A DNA stretch of 32,000 bases from Candidatus Saccharimonadota bacterium (GTDB taxonomy: Bacteria > Patescibacteriota > Patescibacteriia > 2-12-FULL-60-25): positions 30,001 through 62,000 of the forward strand of contig JALHOH010000001.1 in assembly GCA_022843095.1 (NCBI GenBank), written 5' to 3'. The position numbers were made by a program, and so were the translations under genes. Of the stretch, positions 16,971 through 26,601 are shown piece by piece. The notes under the pieces were generated by a model. That model ran no database searches. It worked only from the letters and a program-made list of their open reading frames with translations, and was not told the DNA's origin. Every line of letters begins with the position of its first letter. Within the stretch, counting starts at the first letter, position 1.

Positions 16971-18068
16971 GTGCGTATGAACGTCACAACCTCACAGGCA
17001 CCGGAAATGCAGAAATTGCTGACCGATGCCCATTTGGCCTATCCAAACGTCGGCGACGTGGTGAAGTGCGTCGTGATCGCCGTCGGCCGCAACGAAGTGC
17101 GCTGCGACATTGGCGGGCTCGCGATCGGGCTCATCCGTGGTCCGGAATTGGATAAGAACATGGACCTCCGCCTCGGCGACGAAGTGGAAGCAACCGTGAT
17201 CGAACTCGAAAACGAGTTCGCAGAACTTGAACTCTCGCTGAAAGGCGCGGGTCGCAAGCGCTCCTGGGATAAGATCAAAGAATTGTTCACGGCAGGCACC
17301 GTGGTCTCGATCAAGATCATCGACGCCAACAAGGGCGGGCTTATCACCCGTGTCGAGAACGTTCCGGCCTTCTTGCCGGTTTCCCAGCTCTCGCCAAACC
17401 ACTACCCACGTGTCGCTGGTGGCGAAAAGCAAAAGATCCTCGAGAAGCTGAAGCAGCTCGTGGGAACGCCGCTGGATGTGAAGATTCTGGACGTGAACGA
17501 AGGGGAAGAAAAAATCGTCGTCTCCGAAAAGGCGGTGTGGGAAACCAAGCAGGAATCCGTCCTCGCCAAGTACAAGATCGGTGACCACGTCGAAGGAGCC
17601 GTGACCGCCGTGACCGACTTCGGTGCATTCGTCCGCTTTGACGAAGCGTTGGAAGGGTTGGTCCACATCTCCGAAATCGCCTGGCAGCGCATCGATCACC
17701 CACGTGACGTGCTCAAGGTCGGCGATACGGTCCGCGCCGAGATCATCAACATCGAAGGGTCCAAGATTTTCCTCTCGATGAAGAAGCTCGTCGAAGATCC
17801 GTGGAAGAACGTGGCGGCGAAGTACAAGGTCGGCCAGTTCGTGAAGGGCCGCGTACTCAAGATCAACCCGTTCGGGCTCTTCGTGGAGCTTGATCCGGAC
17901 ATCCATGGCTTGGCGCACATCAGCGAACTCTCCAACCGTCCGGTGAAGGACGTGAACGAGGTCGCACGCGTCGGCGATGAATTCGACTTCCGCATCATCA
18001 ACATCGATGCCGAAAACCACCGCTTGGGACTCTCGCTCCGCAAGCCGAAGGAAGAAACAAAGGCGTAA
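16971..18068 (+). CDS. rpsA: 30S ribosomal protein S1 (four S1 domains)
   Basis: Repeated S1-domain pattern: GDVVKCVV, GTVVSIKIIDANKGGLI, GDHVEGAVTAVTDFGAFVRF, GQFVKGRVLKINPFGLFVEL. The start is either GTG 16971 or ATG 16977, and there is no SD. Confidence 0.9.
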   Translation: MRMNVTTSQAPEMQKLLTDAHLAYPNVGDVVKCVVIAVGRNEVRCDIGGLAIGLIRGPELDKNMDLRLGDEVEATVIELENEFAELELSLKGAGRKRSWDKIKELFTAGTVVSIKIIDANKGGLITRVENVPAFLPVSQLSPNHYPRVAGGEKQKILEKLKQLVGTPLDVKILDVNEGEEKIVVSEKAVWETKQESVLAKYKIGDHVEGAVTAVTDFGAFVRFDEALEGLVHISEIAWQRIDHPRDVLKVGDTVRAEIINIEGSKIFLSMKKLVEDPWKNVAAKYKVGQFVKGRVLKINPFGLFVELDPDIHGLAHISELSNRPVKDVNEVARVGDEFDFRIINIDAENHRLGLSLRKPKEETKA

Positions 18069-18083
18069 CCCGTACGCACACAA

Positions 18084-18112
18084 ACACCCCCGCTTGTCGG
18101 GGGTGTTTTGTA
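18084..18112 (+). terminator. Rho-independent terminator after rpsA
   Basis: ACACCCCCG-CTTGT-CGGGGGTGT followed by TTTTGTATT. Confidence 0.7.
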
Positions 18113-18136
18113 TTAATGTCTCCTAGACGTTATACG
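18108..18136 (+). promoter_or_regulatory. Candidate promoter for ftsH
   Basis: TTGTAT, 17 nt, TATACG. The downstream leader carries AGGA 6 nt before ATG 18169. Confidence 0.35.
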
Positions 18137-18168
18137 CATCTTCCGATACCCTCGGCACAGGACGAACC

Positions 18169-20013
18169 ATGACTATGAACTCTACTGTACGCAATGGGTT
18201 GATTCTTCTTGGCACCATCGTGCTCTTGGGGGTGTTCGCGTTTGTGAACGTCAAACCCGCAGAAACGATGGATGTGGGCACCTTCGTGACCCGCGTGCAA
18301 GAAGGGAAGGTAAAAGAAATCACGGTCCACGGGGATCGGTTGGATGTACGTTTAGCCGATGACGCCAAGGTGGAGGTCAAGAAAGAACCTGGGGAATCGC
18401 TGTCGGAAGTGCTCAAGAACTACGGCGTGGATCCAGAAAAGGCCCGAACGCTTAAAGTCACGATCAAAGAACCAAACGGGGTCGGCTATTGGGCCGCCAT
18501 CATTCTGCCGCCGCTCTTGTCGTTCGCGCTCATGATTGGGCTCATGTTGTTTTTTTTCCGCCAAGTGCAGGGGCAAAACAACCGCGCCATGAGCTTTGGA
18601 CAATCCACGGCCCGCGAAACGGCGCCGACGGACAACAAGAACAAGGTGACGTTTGCCGATGTCGCCGGTGTCCGCGAAGCAAAAAACGAGCTTCTGGAAG
18701 TCGTCGAATTTTTGAAGCATCCAGAAAAGTTCGCCAAGCTCGGTGCAAAGATCCCGAAAGGCGTCCTCTTGATGGGTTCGCCGGGAACCGGAAAAACGCT
18801 CCTCGCCCGCGCCGTCGCCGGAGAAGCGGAGGTGCCGTTCTTCCACATGAGCGGATCGGAATTCGTGGAGATGTTTGTCGGGGTTGGTGCCTCGCGCGTG
18901 CGCGATCTGTTTGAACGCGCCAAAAAATCCGCGCCGTGCATCGTCTTCATCGACGAAATCGATGCGGTCGGCCGTCAGCGTGGATCCGGCCTTGGTGGAT
19001 CGCACGACGAACGCGAACAAACCTTGAACCAAATCCTGGTCGAAATGGACGGGTTTGAACCAAACCTAGGCGTCATCGTCGTCGCCGCCACCAACCGTCC
19101 GGACGTGCTGGACCCAGCACTGCTTCGCCCAGGCCGTTTTGATCGCCGTGTGGTTCTGGATCCGCCGGACATTCGTGACCGCGAAGAAATCCTAAACATC
19201 CATGCCAAAAACAAGCCGCTTGCGAAAGACGTCAACATCAAACGTCTTGCCGAACGGACGCCGGGATTCTCCGGGGCGGATCTCGCGAACCTCATGAATG
19301 AGGCCGCGATCCTTGCCGCGCGCCGCGACAAAGAACAGGTGACGATGGTTGAACTTCTGGAATCGATCGAAAAGGTGATGCTCGGCCCCGAACGCAAAAG
19401 CCACCTCATGAACGAAGCGGAACGCAAAGTCACCGCCTACCACGAAGCCGGGCACGCGCTCGTCACGCACCTCCTCCCCCACACCGATCCGGTACAAAAG
19501 GTGTCCATCATCAGCCGTGGACGCGCCGCTGGATACACGATCAAGCTCCCGACTGAAGACCGAACCATGAAAACGTCCACCGAATACCGCGAAGAAATCG
19601 CGATCATGTTGGGTGGATATGCCGCGGAAAAAATCATCTTCGGCGATATCACGACGGGTGCCTCAAACGACATGAAGAACGCAACTGGTCTTGCGCGCAG
19701 CATGGTCACGCAATGGGGCATGTCGGAAACCCTTGGACCTCGCATGTACGGCCAGCATGAAGACATGATCTTCCTGGGACGCGAAATCCACGAGAACCGT
19801 GACTACTCGGAATCACGCGCAGAAAAAATCGACACGGAAATGGATACGCTCATCCGTACCGGACTCGAAACGGCGACCAAGCTCATCACACAGCACCGCG
19901 ATGCGATGGATCGGATCGCGAACTATCTGATGACGCACGAAACCATCGAACGCGACGAATTCGCGGATGTCGTGGGAATGCCGCCCGCAAATCCAAAGAA
20001 CAAGAGTGCCTAA
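18169..20013 (+). CDS. ftsH: ATP-dependent zinc metalloprotease FtsH
   Basis: Two N-terminal TM helices, AAA+ Walker [19 protein letters not shown], Walker [34 protein letters not shown] and zinc motif HEAGHA. Confidence 0.95.
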   Translation: MTMNSTVRNGLILLGTIVLLGVFAFVNVKPAETMDVGTFVTRVQEGKVKEITVHGDRLDVRLADDAKVEVKKEPGESLSEVLKNYGVDPEKARTLKVTIKEPNGVGYWAAIILPPLLSFALMIGLMLFFFRQVQGQNNRAMSFGQSTARETAPTDNKNKVTFADVAGVREAKNELLEVVEFLKHPEKFAKLGAKIPKGVLLMGSPGTGKTLLARAVAGEAEVPFFHMSGSEFVEMFVGVGASRVRDLFERAKKSAPCIVFIDEIDAVGRQRGSGLGGSHDEREQTLNQILVEMDGFEPNLGVIVVAATNRPDVLDPALLRPGRFDRRVVLDPPDIRDREEILNIHAKNKPLAKDVNIKRLAERTPGFSGADLANLMNEAAILAARRDKEQVTMVELLESIEKVMLGPERKSHLMNEAERKVTAYHEAGHALVTHLLPHTDPVQKVSIISRGRAAGYTIKLPTEDRTMKTSTEYREEIAIMLGGYAAEKIIFGDITTGASNDMKNATGLARSMVTQWGMSETLGPRMYGQHEDMIFLGREIHENRDYSESRAEKIDTEMDTLIRTGLETATKLITQHRDAMDRIANYLMTHETIERDEFADVVGMPPANPKNKSA

Positions 20014-20015
20014 CG

Positions 20016-20049
20016 AAAAAACGTCCCTCCAACGCGGGGGACGTTTTTG
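20016..20049. terminator. Bidirectional hairpin terminator between convergent ftsH and the HD gene
   Basis: AAAAA-ACGTCCC-(10 nt)-GGGACGT-TTTT. Confidence 0.65.
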
Positions 20050-20059
20050 GCAGACGCAA

Positions 20060-20707
20060 CTAGGTACGTCCGAGTTCTTGGCGAAGGGCGGCGAGAAACT
20101 GATGCAAGATCGGCTCCCGCTCCTCTGCCATCCGTTTAGCGGTTTCCGTTGTCATCCGCGACTTTGCGATCAACAGACGTCCTGGAATCACATCCAGCGC
20201 GTTCTCGAGCATCGCAAGCGGACGACCGGATTCGGCAAACGGATCTTCCGGATCGTAGAAGCGGCGGCTCAACTGTCCGGAAGAACAGAAGATCCGCATG
20301 AGGGAAATCGCCCCCGTACTCTCCAAGAGGTCGGCGTCAAACAAGACGCGTCCCTCACGCGTGGACGGCGTGATTCCCTTCGAAAAAGAGCATTCACGGA
20401 TGGCCGTCGCAACGGCTTCCGCATCCTCCGCCGTGAGCAATCCCTGAGCGACCAGCGCATCGCGTGCGAGCGCCGCCGACCGTGCCGCATTCTCCTTCGC
20501 GAGCGGAGAATGTTTGGGCTCATTGACCACGTCGTGGAGCAATGCTGCCGCAAGGACGATCTCCTCGTTCGCCCCTTCGTGCGCGGCGATATGGAGGGCG
20601 TTTGCCGCAACGCGGCGATGATGTTCGTAGTCGTGGGACGGATCCGTATCCGCAACCAGCGACCGTGACAGCGCATAGAACGCGTCGTGTTTGGTGGAAT
20701 TTCCCAT
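20060..20707 (-). CDS. HD-domain metal-dependent phosphohydrolase (YedJ-like)
   Basis: HDYEHHRRVAANAL...AALLHDVV contains the H...HD...D pattern. The start is trimmed to ATG 20707 (MGNSTKHD...), directly downstream of a strong promoter-like element. Confidence 0.8.
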   Translation of the reverse strand: MGNSTKHDAFYALSRSLVADTDPSHDYEHHRRVAANALHIAAHEGANEEIVLAAALLHDVVNEPKHSPLAKENAARSAALARDALVAQGLLTAEDAEAVATAIRECSFSKGITPSTREGRVLFDADLLESTGAISLMRIFCSSGQLSRRFYDPEDPFAESGRPLAMLENALDVIPGRLLIAKSRMTTETAKRMAEEREPILHQFLAALRQELGRT

Positions 20708-20719
20708 AGCGGGAAAGGT

Positions 20720-20748
20720 AATATACGGCGTTTTGGGCAAAAAGTCAA
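20720..20748 (-). promoter_or_regulatory. Candidate promoter for the HD gene, giving a near-leaderless mRNA
   Basis: Minus-strand reading is TTGACT, a 17-nt spacer, then TATATT. The -10 ends 12 nt before the ATG with no SD between. Confidence 0.5.
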
Positions 20749-20763
20749 CCCATCCTGGAGCTA

Positions 20764-20772
20764 TGGTATACT
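20764..20772 (+). promoter_or_regulatory. Candidate extended -10 element for the divergent membrane-protein gene
   Basis: TGgTATACT lies 17 nt upstream of ATG 20790. The -35 is weak. GAGGA immediately follows the -10, so the promoter and SD interpretations compete. Confidence 0.3.
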
Positions 20773-20789
20773 GAGGACAATCCCTTTCT

Positions 20790-21809
20790 ATGGCTATCCG
20801 TAAATCCAAGCCCGCCGTACGTCCTTTGTATCGCGAGATGTTTCGCGATGCCCTGATTCTTGCCTGGCAAGAAAAAAAGCTGTGGTTTTTTGCGATTTTT
20901 GCCCTCCTGCTTCAATCCGGGGGGCTGCTTGATGTCCTCCTCACAGCTGTGGTCCGATTCCCCGAAGACGCTCGTTTGTTGATGCAGCAGCAAGGCACTG
21001 GGCTTGGAAGCGCCGTGATTGCGCATCTTTCCGGACTTACCGGATTCCAGGCGTTCATGGGATACGCGACGCTCGCCCAAGGACTGCTTCTCTTCGGGAT
21101 CATCCTCGCGGCCGTCTATGGGATGTCCGTCGTCTCGCAAGGAGCGCTTGCCTATGGGCTCGGCACACGCATGCGCGGAGCCGTCCCCTCCTTCCGCGCC
21201 TGTCTTGGCGCCGGGGCACGAAAATTCTGGCCGCTCGCCGGGATCAATGCGCTGAGCATGCTGGTGTTTTGGGCCGTTCGCGTGGTCACGCTCATCGCCT
21301 TTCAACTCGCCGCAGAGACTCCGACCGCCTTTGCGATCGGGGTGTTTACCGTGGCGTTTATCTGTTTCTTACTTGCCGCCGCCCTGGTCACGACCGTCCA
21401 CCTCTTTGCGATCAACCGTGTCATGTTAAACGAGGAACATGCCTGGCCCGCGCTTCTGGCGTCGTACAAAATGACGGTGCAATCGCTTGGGATCGTCCTT
21501 GAACATGCGGCGCTTCTTTTCTTGTTCGCGTTTACCGCAAACATCCTGGGCATCATCGTGTTCCTCATGGCGCTCGTCCCCCTGTTTATCGGGATGATCA
21601 GCGCGGCGCTCTTCCAATTCGGGACGCTCGTCCTGATCGGCATTTTCTTGGGATATGCGCTTCTTATCGGGATCATGTCCGTCATCGCCATGGCCACCAC
21701 CACGTTCCAATACGCCAGCTGGCAACGCCTCGCCTGGCGCGTCGAAGATGCGAGTGCCATGACAAAAGTCGTGCGCATCGTACGCCGGCTCTTAGGACAC
21801 CGCGCGTAA
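20790..21809 (+). CDS. Polytopic membrane protein of unknown function
   Basis: 339 aa with ~7 hydrophobic helices and no recognised motif. The stop lies 6 nt before the pilB-like start. Confidence 0.75.
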   Translation: MAIRKSKPAVRPLYREMFRDALILAWQEKKLWFFAIFALLLQSGGLLDVLLTAVVRFPEDARLLMQQQGTGLGSAVIAHLSGLTGFQAFMGYATLAQGLLLFGIILAAVYGMSVVSQGALAYGLGTRMRGAVPSFRACLGAGARKFWPLAGINALSMLVFWAVRVVTLIAFQLAAETPTAFAIGVFTVAFICFLLAAALVTTVHLFAINRVMLNEEHAWPALLASYKMTVQSLGIVLEHAALLFLFAFTANILGIIVFLMALVPLFIGMISAALFQFGTLVLIGIFLGYALLIGIMSVIAMATTTFQYASWQRLAWRVEDASAMTKVVRIVRRLLGHRA

Positions 21810-21815
21810 TGTCGT

Positions 21816-23624
21816 ATGCCTGCGCCGAAATCCATCGAAGAACTGCTCAAAAAACCGGCGACTCCCCCCGCCGCCGGTGGTTCGGCGTCAGTCGCCCCGC
21901 AAGCCCCACCTAAACCGGCGAAGAAGAAACTGACCGACGACACGTCCACTCCAGAAGCGTTGGAAGAAAAAATGGGCGACATTCGCCTCGCCGAACTCGA
22001 ACGAGAATCAGCGAAACGCGCCGGAGAACTCGGGCTGCCTTTTATCGATCTCAAAGGATTCCCGATCGCACCGGAAGCGTTATCCCTTGTCCCAAAAGCA
22101 GAAGCCACACGACTCCGCACACTCCCCTTTTTCTTTAATGGAGAGGAAATCCGACTGGCAACCACAAACCCCGGTAAAGAGGTAGATGCGTTAATGGAAT
22201 CGCTGAAAAAAGAACGACACGCAAACGTCGGACTGTATTTTGTCAGCGATCAAAGTTTTAATGCCGCGTTCAAGCTCTACGCCGTTCTTCCGGAAACCAA
22301 GGAGATCATTTTTGGCTACCGCATCGAAGAAAAAGATCTTCAAAAGTACGAACGGGAACTTGCAGACCTCCGCCAGTTGCAGGAGCGCATCAAAACCGTG
22401 TCCACAACCGATGTCGTGACGCTCATGGTGGGCGCCGCACTGCGTTCCAACACCTCGGATATCCACGTCGAGGCCGAAGAAGAGCAAGTCAAGATTCGAT
22501 TTCGGATCGACGGGATTCTGACCGACGCGGCGAGCTTGCCCAAAACCGCGTGGAAACAAATGATCGCGCGCCTCAAATTGCTTGCTGGGGCAAAGATGAA
22601 CATCGAGGATATCCCTCAAGACGGACGCATCACGATCTACCTCACCAACGAAAAAATCGACATTCGTGTCAGCTTTTTGCCGACCGCGTTTGGAGAATCC
22701 GTGGTCATGCGTCTTCTACGTCCAAAGGCGATCGCTCTGGAATTCGATAACCTCGGGATCCGCGGCTTGGCGCTGGAACGGCTGCTTCGCGAAATTGAAA
22801 AACCAAACGGGATGATCATCACGACCGGGCCAACCGGGTCTGGAAAAACGACAACGCTTTACGCCGTACTCAAAAAGCTCAACACGCCGGATGTCAAAAT
22901 CATCACGCTGGAAGATCCGATCGAATACAAACTCCAAGGGATCAACCAATCACAGATCGACCACAGCCGAAACTATGACTTTGCCAAAGGCCTGCGTTCG
23001 ATTCTGCGCCAAGACCCGGATATTGTGATGGTCGGTGAAATCCGTGACCTTGAAACGGCGGATATCGCCATTCAGGCCGCGCTCACCGGTCACCTTGTCG
23101 TCTCGACGATCCACACCAATTCTGCCGCCGGCGCCATCCCCCGCTTTCTTTCCATGGGAGTCAAACCGTTCTTGCTGGCCCCTGCGCTGAACGCGCTTAT
23201 CGGACAGCGTCTGGTTCGACGCCTGTGTCCGGATTGCAAAGTCCCGGCTACGCTTTCTCCATCACAAGACAAAGAAGTACGGGAAGCACTAGGCACCATC
23301 TCCCCAAAATCCGGTTACACGGTGGACCTCGGAAAGATCGCGTTTTTTGGACCAGGATCCAATGCATCCTGTCCCACCTGTCACGGCAATGGCTATAAAG
23401 GCCGTGTCGGGATCTACGAAATTTTTACGATGACACGCGTCATCGAAGAGCGGATTCTCTCAAAAGACGTGACCGAAGGGGAAATTCTGGATCTCGCGCG
23501 TCAGGATGGGATGATCACCATGGCGCAAGACGGGTTACTCAAAGCACTGGATGGTCTGACCAGTGTCGATGAAGTCCTCGCCGTCGCAAACGTGGATTCC
23601 ACCCTGCAAGAACCGGCCACATAA
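21816..23624 (+). CDS. pilB: Type IV pilus / type II secretion assembly ATPase (GspE/PilB family)
   Basis: T2SSE N-terminal domain (LPFIDLKGFPIAPEALSLVP), Walker A GPTGSGKTTT, Asp/His boxes and a tetracysteine motif CPDC...CPTCHGNGYKGR. Confidence 0.9.
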   Translation: MPAPKSIEELLKKPATPPAAGGSASVAPQAPPKPAKKKLTDDTSTPEALEEKMGDIRLAELERESAKRAGELGLPFIDLKGFPIAPEALSLVPKAEATRLRTLPFFFNGEEIRLATTNPGKEVDALMESLKKERHANVGLYFVSDQSFNAAFKLYAVLPETKEIIFGYRIEEKDLQKYERELADLRQLQERIKTVSTTDVVTLMVGAALRSNTSDIHVEAEEEQVKIRFRIDGILTDAASLPKTAWKQMIARLKLLAGAKMNIEDIPQDGRITIYLTNEKIDIRVSFLPTAFGESVVMRLLRPKAIALEFDNLGIRGLALERLLREIEKPNGMIITTGPTGSGKTTTLYAVLKKLNTPDVKIITLEDPIEYKLQGINQSQIDHSRNYDFAKGLRSILRQDPDIVMVGEIRDLETADIAIQAALTGHLVVSTIHTNSAAGAIPRFLSMGVKPFLLAPALNALIGQRLVRRLCPDCKVPATLSPSQDKEVREALGTISPKSGYTVDLGKIAFFGPGSNASCPTCHGNGYKGRVGIYEIFTMTRVIEERILSKDVTEGEILDLARQDGMITMAQDGLLKALDGLTSVDEVLAVANVDSTLQEPAT

Positions 23625-23655
23625 AAAACCGCGGACGTGTTCCGCGGTTTCTGTT
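23624..23655. terminator. Bidirectional hairpin terminator between the pilB-like gene and the convergent orphan gene
   Basis: AAAAA-ACCGCGGA-CGTGT-TCCGCGGT-TTCTGTTT. Confidence 0.65.
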
Positions 23656-23656
23656 T

Positions 23657-24517
23657 CTACATCGTACGTTTTACCCGGAATTGTGCGGGAGAGCTACAGA
23701 CAAAGCCGTATCCGTTTCCCGTCCGGATCCCCTCTTCAGGAAGCTCCGCGTTCCGAACCGGTTCTGGAAACCCACTCAGCACCTCCAGCATCTCTCGATC
23801 CGTTCCACACAGCAGAAGTCGCTCGTTCGAAAACATCATCGAACGCATCACCCCTTCGAGTGCCGCATAGGTCTGACGCGGATTCGCCTGAAACGGAAGC
23901 GGAAGCACCCGTGCCGGATCTACATAGGATCCGGGAATGGTGCGCGTAGGATACCGCACAGATGTACCATATCGAACGTGCCACACACACCCGTCCGAAC
24001 ACGCTCGAGAAGAAAGGCGCCAATGCAACGCCCCAATCTCCTCGATCAAAACCTCTTCCGCATCGCGAAAAAGGAAGAATTCGACCCGTTCCAAGTGGGT
24101 GTAGGAAATCACGCGCTCGAATCGATATCCTCGATCTTCCGCGATCTCCCGCATTCCCTCCGTGGGAGCAATGACCGAAACGAGCGTGTGATCGCGTGTC
24201 ACGTACACAAGCTCTCCGTCGTCCCAATACAACGTGAGCGCCCGCGGACGTTCGTCATATGCACCCGTTTTGCGTTCGCGCCGAGGCGGACACAATACAC
24301 GGACATACTCCGACGGAATAAGCGAAACGCTTGTGAGACGACGATGAATTTCTGACACCTTTTCCTGACGGAGGGTGTGTGGAATATTCTGTCCGTCCTC
24401 GCGCACCCATTCGCAGTTTTCATATCTGCGCATGAAGCGTGCGATCGCGTGCGAACTAATCTCGAGCGTCGGCGGAAGACCCGTTGCTTCACGCCGCGCC
24501 GCAGCTGATCTTCCCAT
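23657..24517 (-). CDS. Hypothetical protein (286 aa), last gene of the tsaD-tsaE transcription unit
   Basis: ATG 24517 is preceded by AAGGAG at 7 nt. The ORF-track start at 24685 would overlap tsaE by 112 nt. Only a weak LEISSHAIARFMRR motif is recognisable. Confidence 0.7.
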   Translation of the reverse strand: MGRSAAARREATGLPPTLEISSHAIARFMRRYENCEWVREDGQNIPHTLRQEKVSEIHRRLTSVSLIPSEYVRVLCPPRRERKTGAYDERPRALTLYWDDGELVYVTRDHTLVSVIAPTEGMREIAEDRGYRFERVISYTHLERVEFFLFRDAEEVLIEEIGALHWRLSSRACSDGCVWHVRYGTSVRYPTRTIPGSYVDPARVLPLPFQANPRQTYAALEGVMRSMMFSNERLLLCGTDREMLEVLSGFPEPVRNAELPEEGIRTGNGYGFVCSSPAQFRVKRTM

Positions 24518-24573
24518 GACTCTACTCCTTGTAAGTCCCGGTACCCCACCTGTACCGCGATTTCCAAGGGCTG

Positions 24574-25020
24574 TCAATCCGGCACGGTCAATTCCGCCAC
24601 ACGTCCACTTGGATCCATTGGGGTAATTGTGAGGCGGAACGGGGTCTTCGAAAACTGCGCGGGAAGGGCGATCTTCTCCGGCCATTCAATCGCAAGAACG
24701 GTACCCGGCGTCAGAAGCTCGTCCTCCAGTCCCAACGCATGCGCCTCTTCCGGCGTTTCCAAGCGATAGGCATCGATGTGCACGAGCCGCGTGATACGTC
24801 TTGGCCCCTTCACCGGATACGCGCGCACCAACGCGAATGTCGGACTCCGTGGCCGCAGAACCCCGCCCAGCGCTCGCGCCAGCGCCTGAGTGAACGTCGT
24901 CTTCCCCGCCCCAAGCGGACCCGACAACAGCAACACATCTCCTGGACGCAGGATTTCAAGGATACGCGCGGCGACCGCGTCCCATCCGTCGACATCTCGC
25001 ACCAAAAATGTCTGTTTCAT
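24574..25020 (-). CDS. tsaE: tRNA t6A37 biosynthesis ATPase TsaE
   Basis: LSGPLGAGKTTFTQALARAL...SPTFALV...HIDAYRL...IEWPE. Confidence 0.9.
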   Translation of the reverse strand: MKQTFLVRDVDGWDAVAARILEILRPGDVLLLSGPLGAGKTTFTQALARALGGVLRPRSPTFALVRAYPVKGPRRITRLVHIDAYRLETPEEAHALGLEDELLTPGTVLAIEWPEKIALPAQFSKTPFRLTITPMDPSGRVAELTVPD

Positions 25021-25023
25021 ACG

Positions 25024-26061
25024 TTAACGCACACCAAGTGGCCACTCCGGACGCGCTTCCATCTTTTTCCAGTCATGTCGCGTGCCGTTTTGATACTGCC
25101 AATATCCCGCCGCCGCAATCATCGCGGCGTTATCCGTGATCGACTTGCGATCTGAAGGAAGATACCCGACATGTGGCAGCTCGTCGCGCAATCGCGCCCC
25201 CAATGTTTCCCGCAACACCGTGTTCGCCGAGACACCCCCAACCAACGCAACCGATGCAACACGCGCATGACGTGCCGCTGCGATGGTTTTGTGTACCAAC
25301 ACCTCCACAATGGCCTGCTGAATACTTGCCGCAACATCCTCTTTTTTGATCCCGGTCGCCTGCCCCGCCTCCCATGCCAAGCGCACCGCGGTTTTGAGCC
25401 CACTAAAGCTCATGTTAAACGTCCCGTCATGCAACATCGGGCGTGGCAACGGAATCGCGTTCGGGTCACCCGCCAAGGCGAGTTTTGCGATCTGTGGGCC
25501 ACCTGGATACGGCAATCCCATAAGCTTTGCGGTTTTATCAAACGCCTCCCCCGCCGCATCATCCTGTGTCTCACCGATCAACCGATAGTCCCCAAAATCC
25601 TTCATGATCACGAGTTCCGTGTGGCCACCGGACACGACAAGCGCAAGCAACGGAAACACGAACTTCCGACGATTCGCCGGATCAAGCCATGCGCTCGCTA
25701 CATGCCCCTCCAGATGGTTCACTCCGATAAGCGGCTTTCCCGAAAGGAGCGCAAGGACGCGCGCGGCCTCGATCCCCACCCGAAGCGCGATGGGCAATCC
25801 CGGCCCCTGCGTCACGGCGATCACGTCAAACGACCCAAGTCCGCGACGACCAAGCGCTTGCGTCAGCAGGGATACCGTTTCCGGGACATGGCTGCGTGCC
25901 GCGACTTCTGGCACCACCCCGCCATACTTTTGATGGATCGGCACCTGGGACGTAACCAAGTCCTTCACACGACGCACTTCGTTGCCACGACACGCCAAAA
26001 TCGCGACCGCCGTTTCGTCGCAGCTGGACTCAATCCCGAGCACACGGGTCCATGTGGACAT
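25024..26061 (-). CDS. tsaD: tRNA N6-adenosine threonylcarbamoyltransferase TsaD
   Basis: VLGIESSCDETAVAIL..., GVNHLEGH, LVVSGGHTEL and GGVSAN motifs. Confidence 0.95.
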   Translation of the reverse strand: MSTWTRVLGIESSCDETAVAILACRGNEVRRVKDLVTSQVPIHQKYGGVVPEVAARSHVPETVSLLTQALGRRGLGSFDVIAVTQGPGLPIALRVGIEAARVLALLSGKPLIGVNHLEGHVASAWLDPANRRKFVFPLLALVVSGGHTELVIMKDFGDYRLIGETQDDAAGEAFDKTAKLMGLPYPGGPQIAKLALAGDPNAIPLPRPMLHDGTFNMSFSGLKTAVRLAWEAGQATGIKKEDVAASIQQAIVEVLVHKTIAAARHARVASVALVGGVSANTVLRETLGARLRDELPHVGYLPSDRKSITDNAAMIAAAGYWQYQNGTRHDWKKMEARPEWPLGVR

Positions 26062-26129
26062 GCCTTGATCCTATCCGAGCGCGGAACGCGTGGCAACGCA
26101 TGCGCGAGTGGCGTAGGATAGAAGAAACT

Positions 26130-26546
26130 ATGTGGGTACTCTACGGACTTCTCGCAGCAATCACCGCCGCGCTCATGACGATTGTAGGAAAAGTCGGCCT
26201 AAAGCAGGTTGATCCAACCGCCGCGACCGCGCTCCGCGGTATTCTGATGGCTCTCTTTTTGATCGGCACGGTCGCGCTCTCCGGAAAATGGCAGGCCGTT
26301 ACGTCCGTCCCTCTCAAACACTACGCCCCAATCGCGCTTGCGGCCGTGTTTGGCGCATTATCCTGGCTCTTCTATTTTCTTGGACTGCAGGCGACGACCG
26401 CATCCAAACTCGCGAGCCTGGATCGCCTCTCCCTCCCCTTCATCATCGTGCTCTCCGTTCTTGCACTCCAAGAACCGATCTCCGCCCGACTCGTGATCGG
26501 GGGCGGGCTCGTAACCGTTGGCGCCATCTTGATCGCCACGGCATGA
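26130..26546 (+). CDS. Small EamA/DMT-superfamily membrane protein (single EamA domain)
   Basis: 138 aa with 4-5 TM helices, WVLYGLLAAITAALMTIVGKVGL... The start is trimmed to ATG 26130. Confidence 0.75.
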   Translation: MWVLYGLLAAITAALMTIVGKVGLKQVDPTAATALRGILMALFLIGTVALSGKWQAVTSVPLKHYAPIALAAVFGALSWLFYFLGLQATTASKLASLDRLSLPFIIVLSVLALQEPISARLVIGGGLVTVGAILIATA

Positions 26547-26601
26547 CGTCGCTCCCTCGCACATGCTACGCTTGGCGCACCTGACCCATTCGTCCTGCTT
26601 T

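Noticed and set aside
16992-18083. A 363-aa ORF antisense to the whole of rpsA. Similar long antisense ORFs lie at 3644..5206 (opposite the M16 peptidase) and 25171..26121 (opposite tsaD).
   Set aside because: The sense strands encode unmistakable conserved proteins. The antisense products are low-complexity and R/H/L-rich with no start context. Open antisense frames are a known by-product of codon bias.
24518-24685. The N-terminal 56 codons of the ORF-track call 23657..24685
   Set aside because: They would overlap tsaE by 112 nt. The internal ATG at 24517 has a canonical AAGGAG SD at 7 nt, so the shorter gene is preferred. The same logic was applied to trim tpiA, frr, the BNR gene, the EamA gene, the cupredoxin, the ABC-F gene and others.
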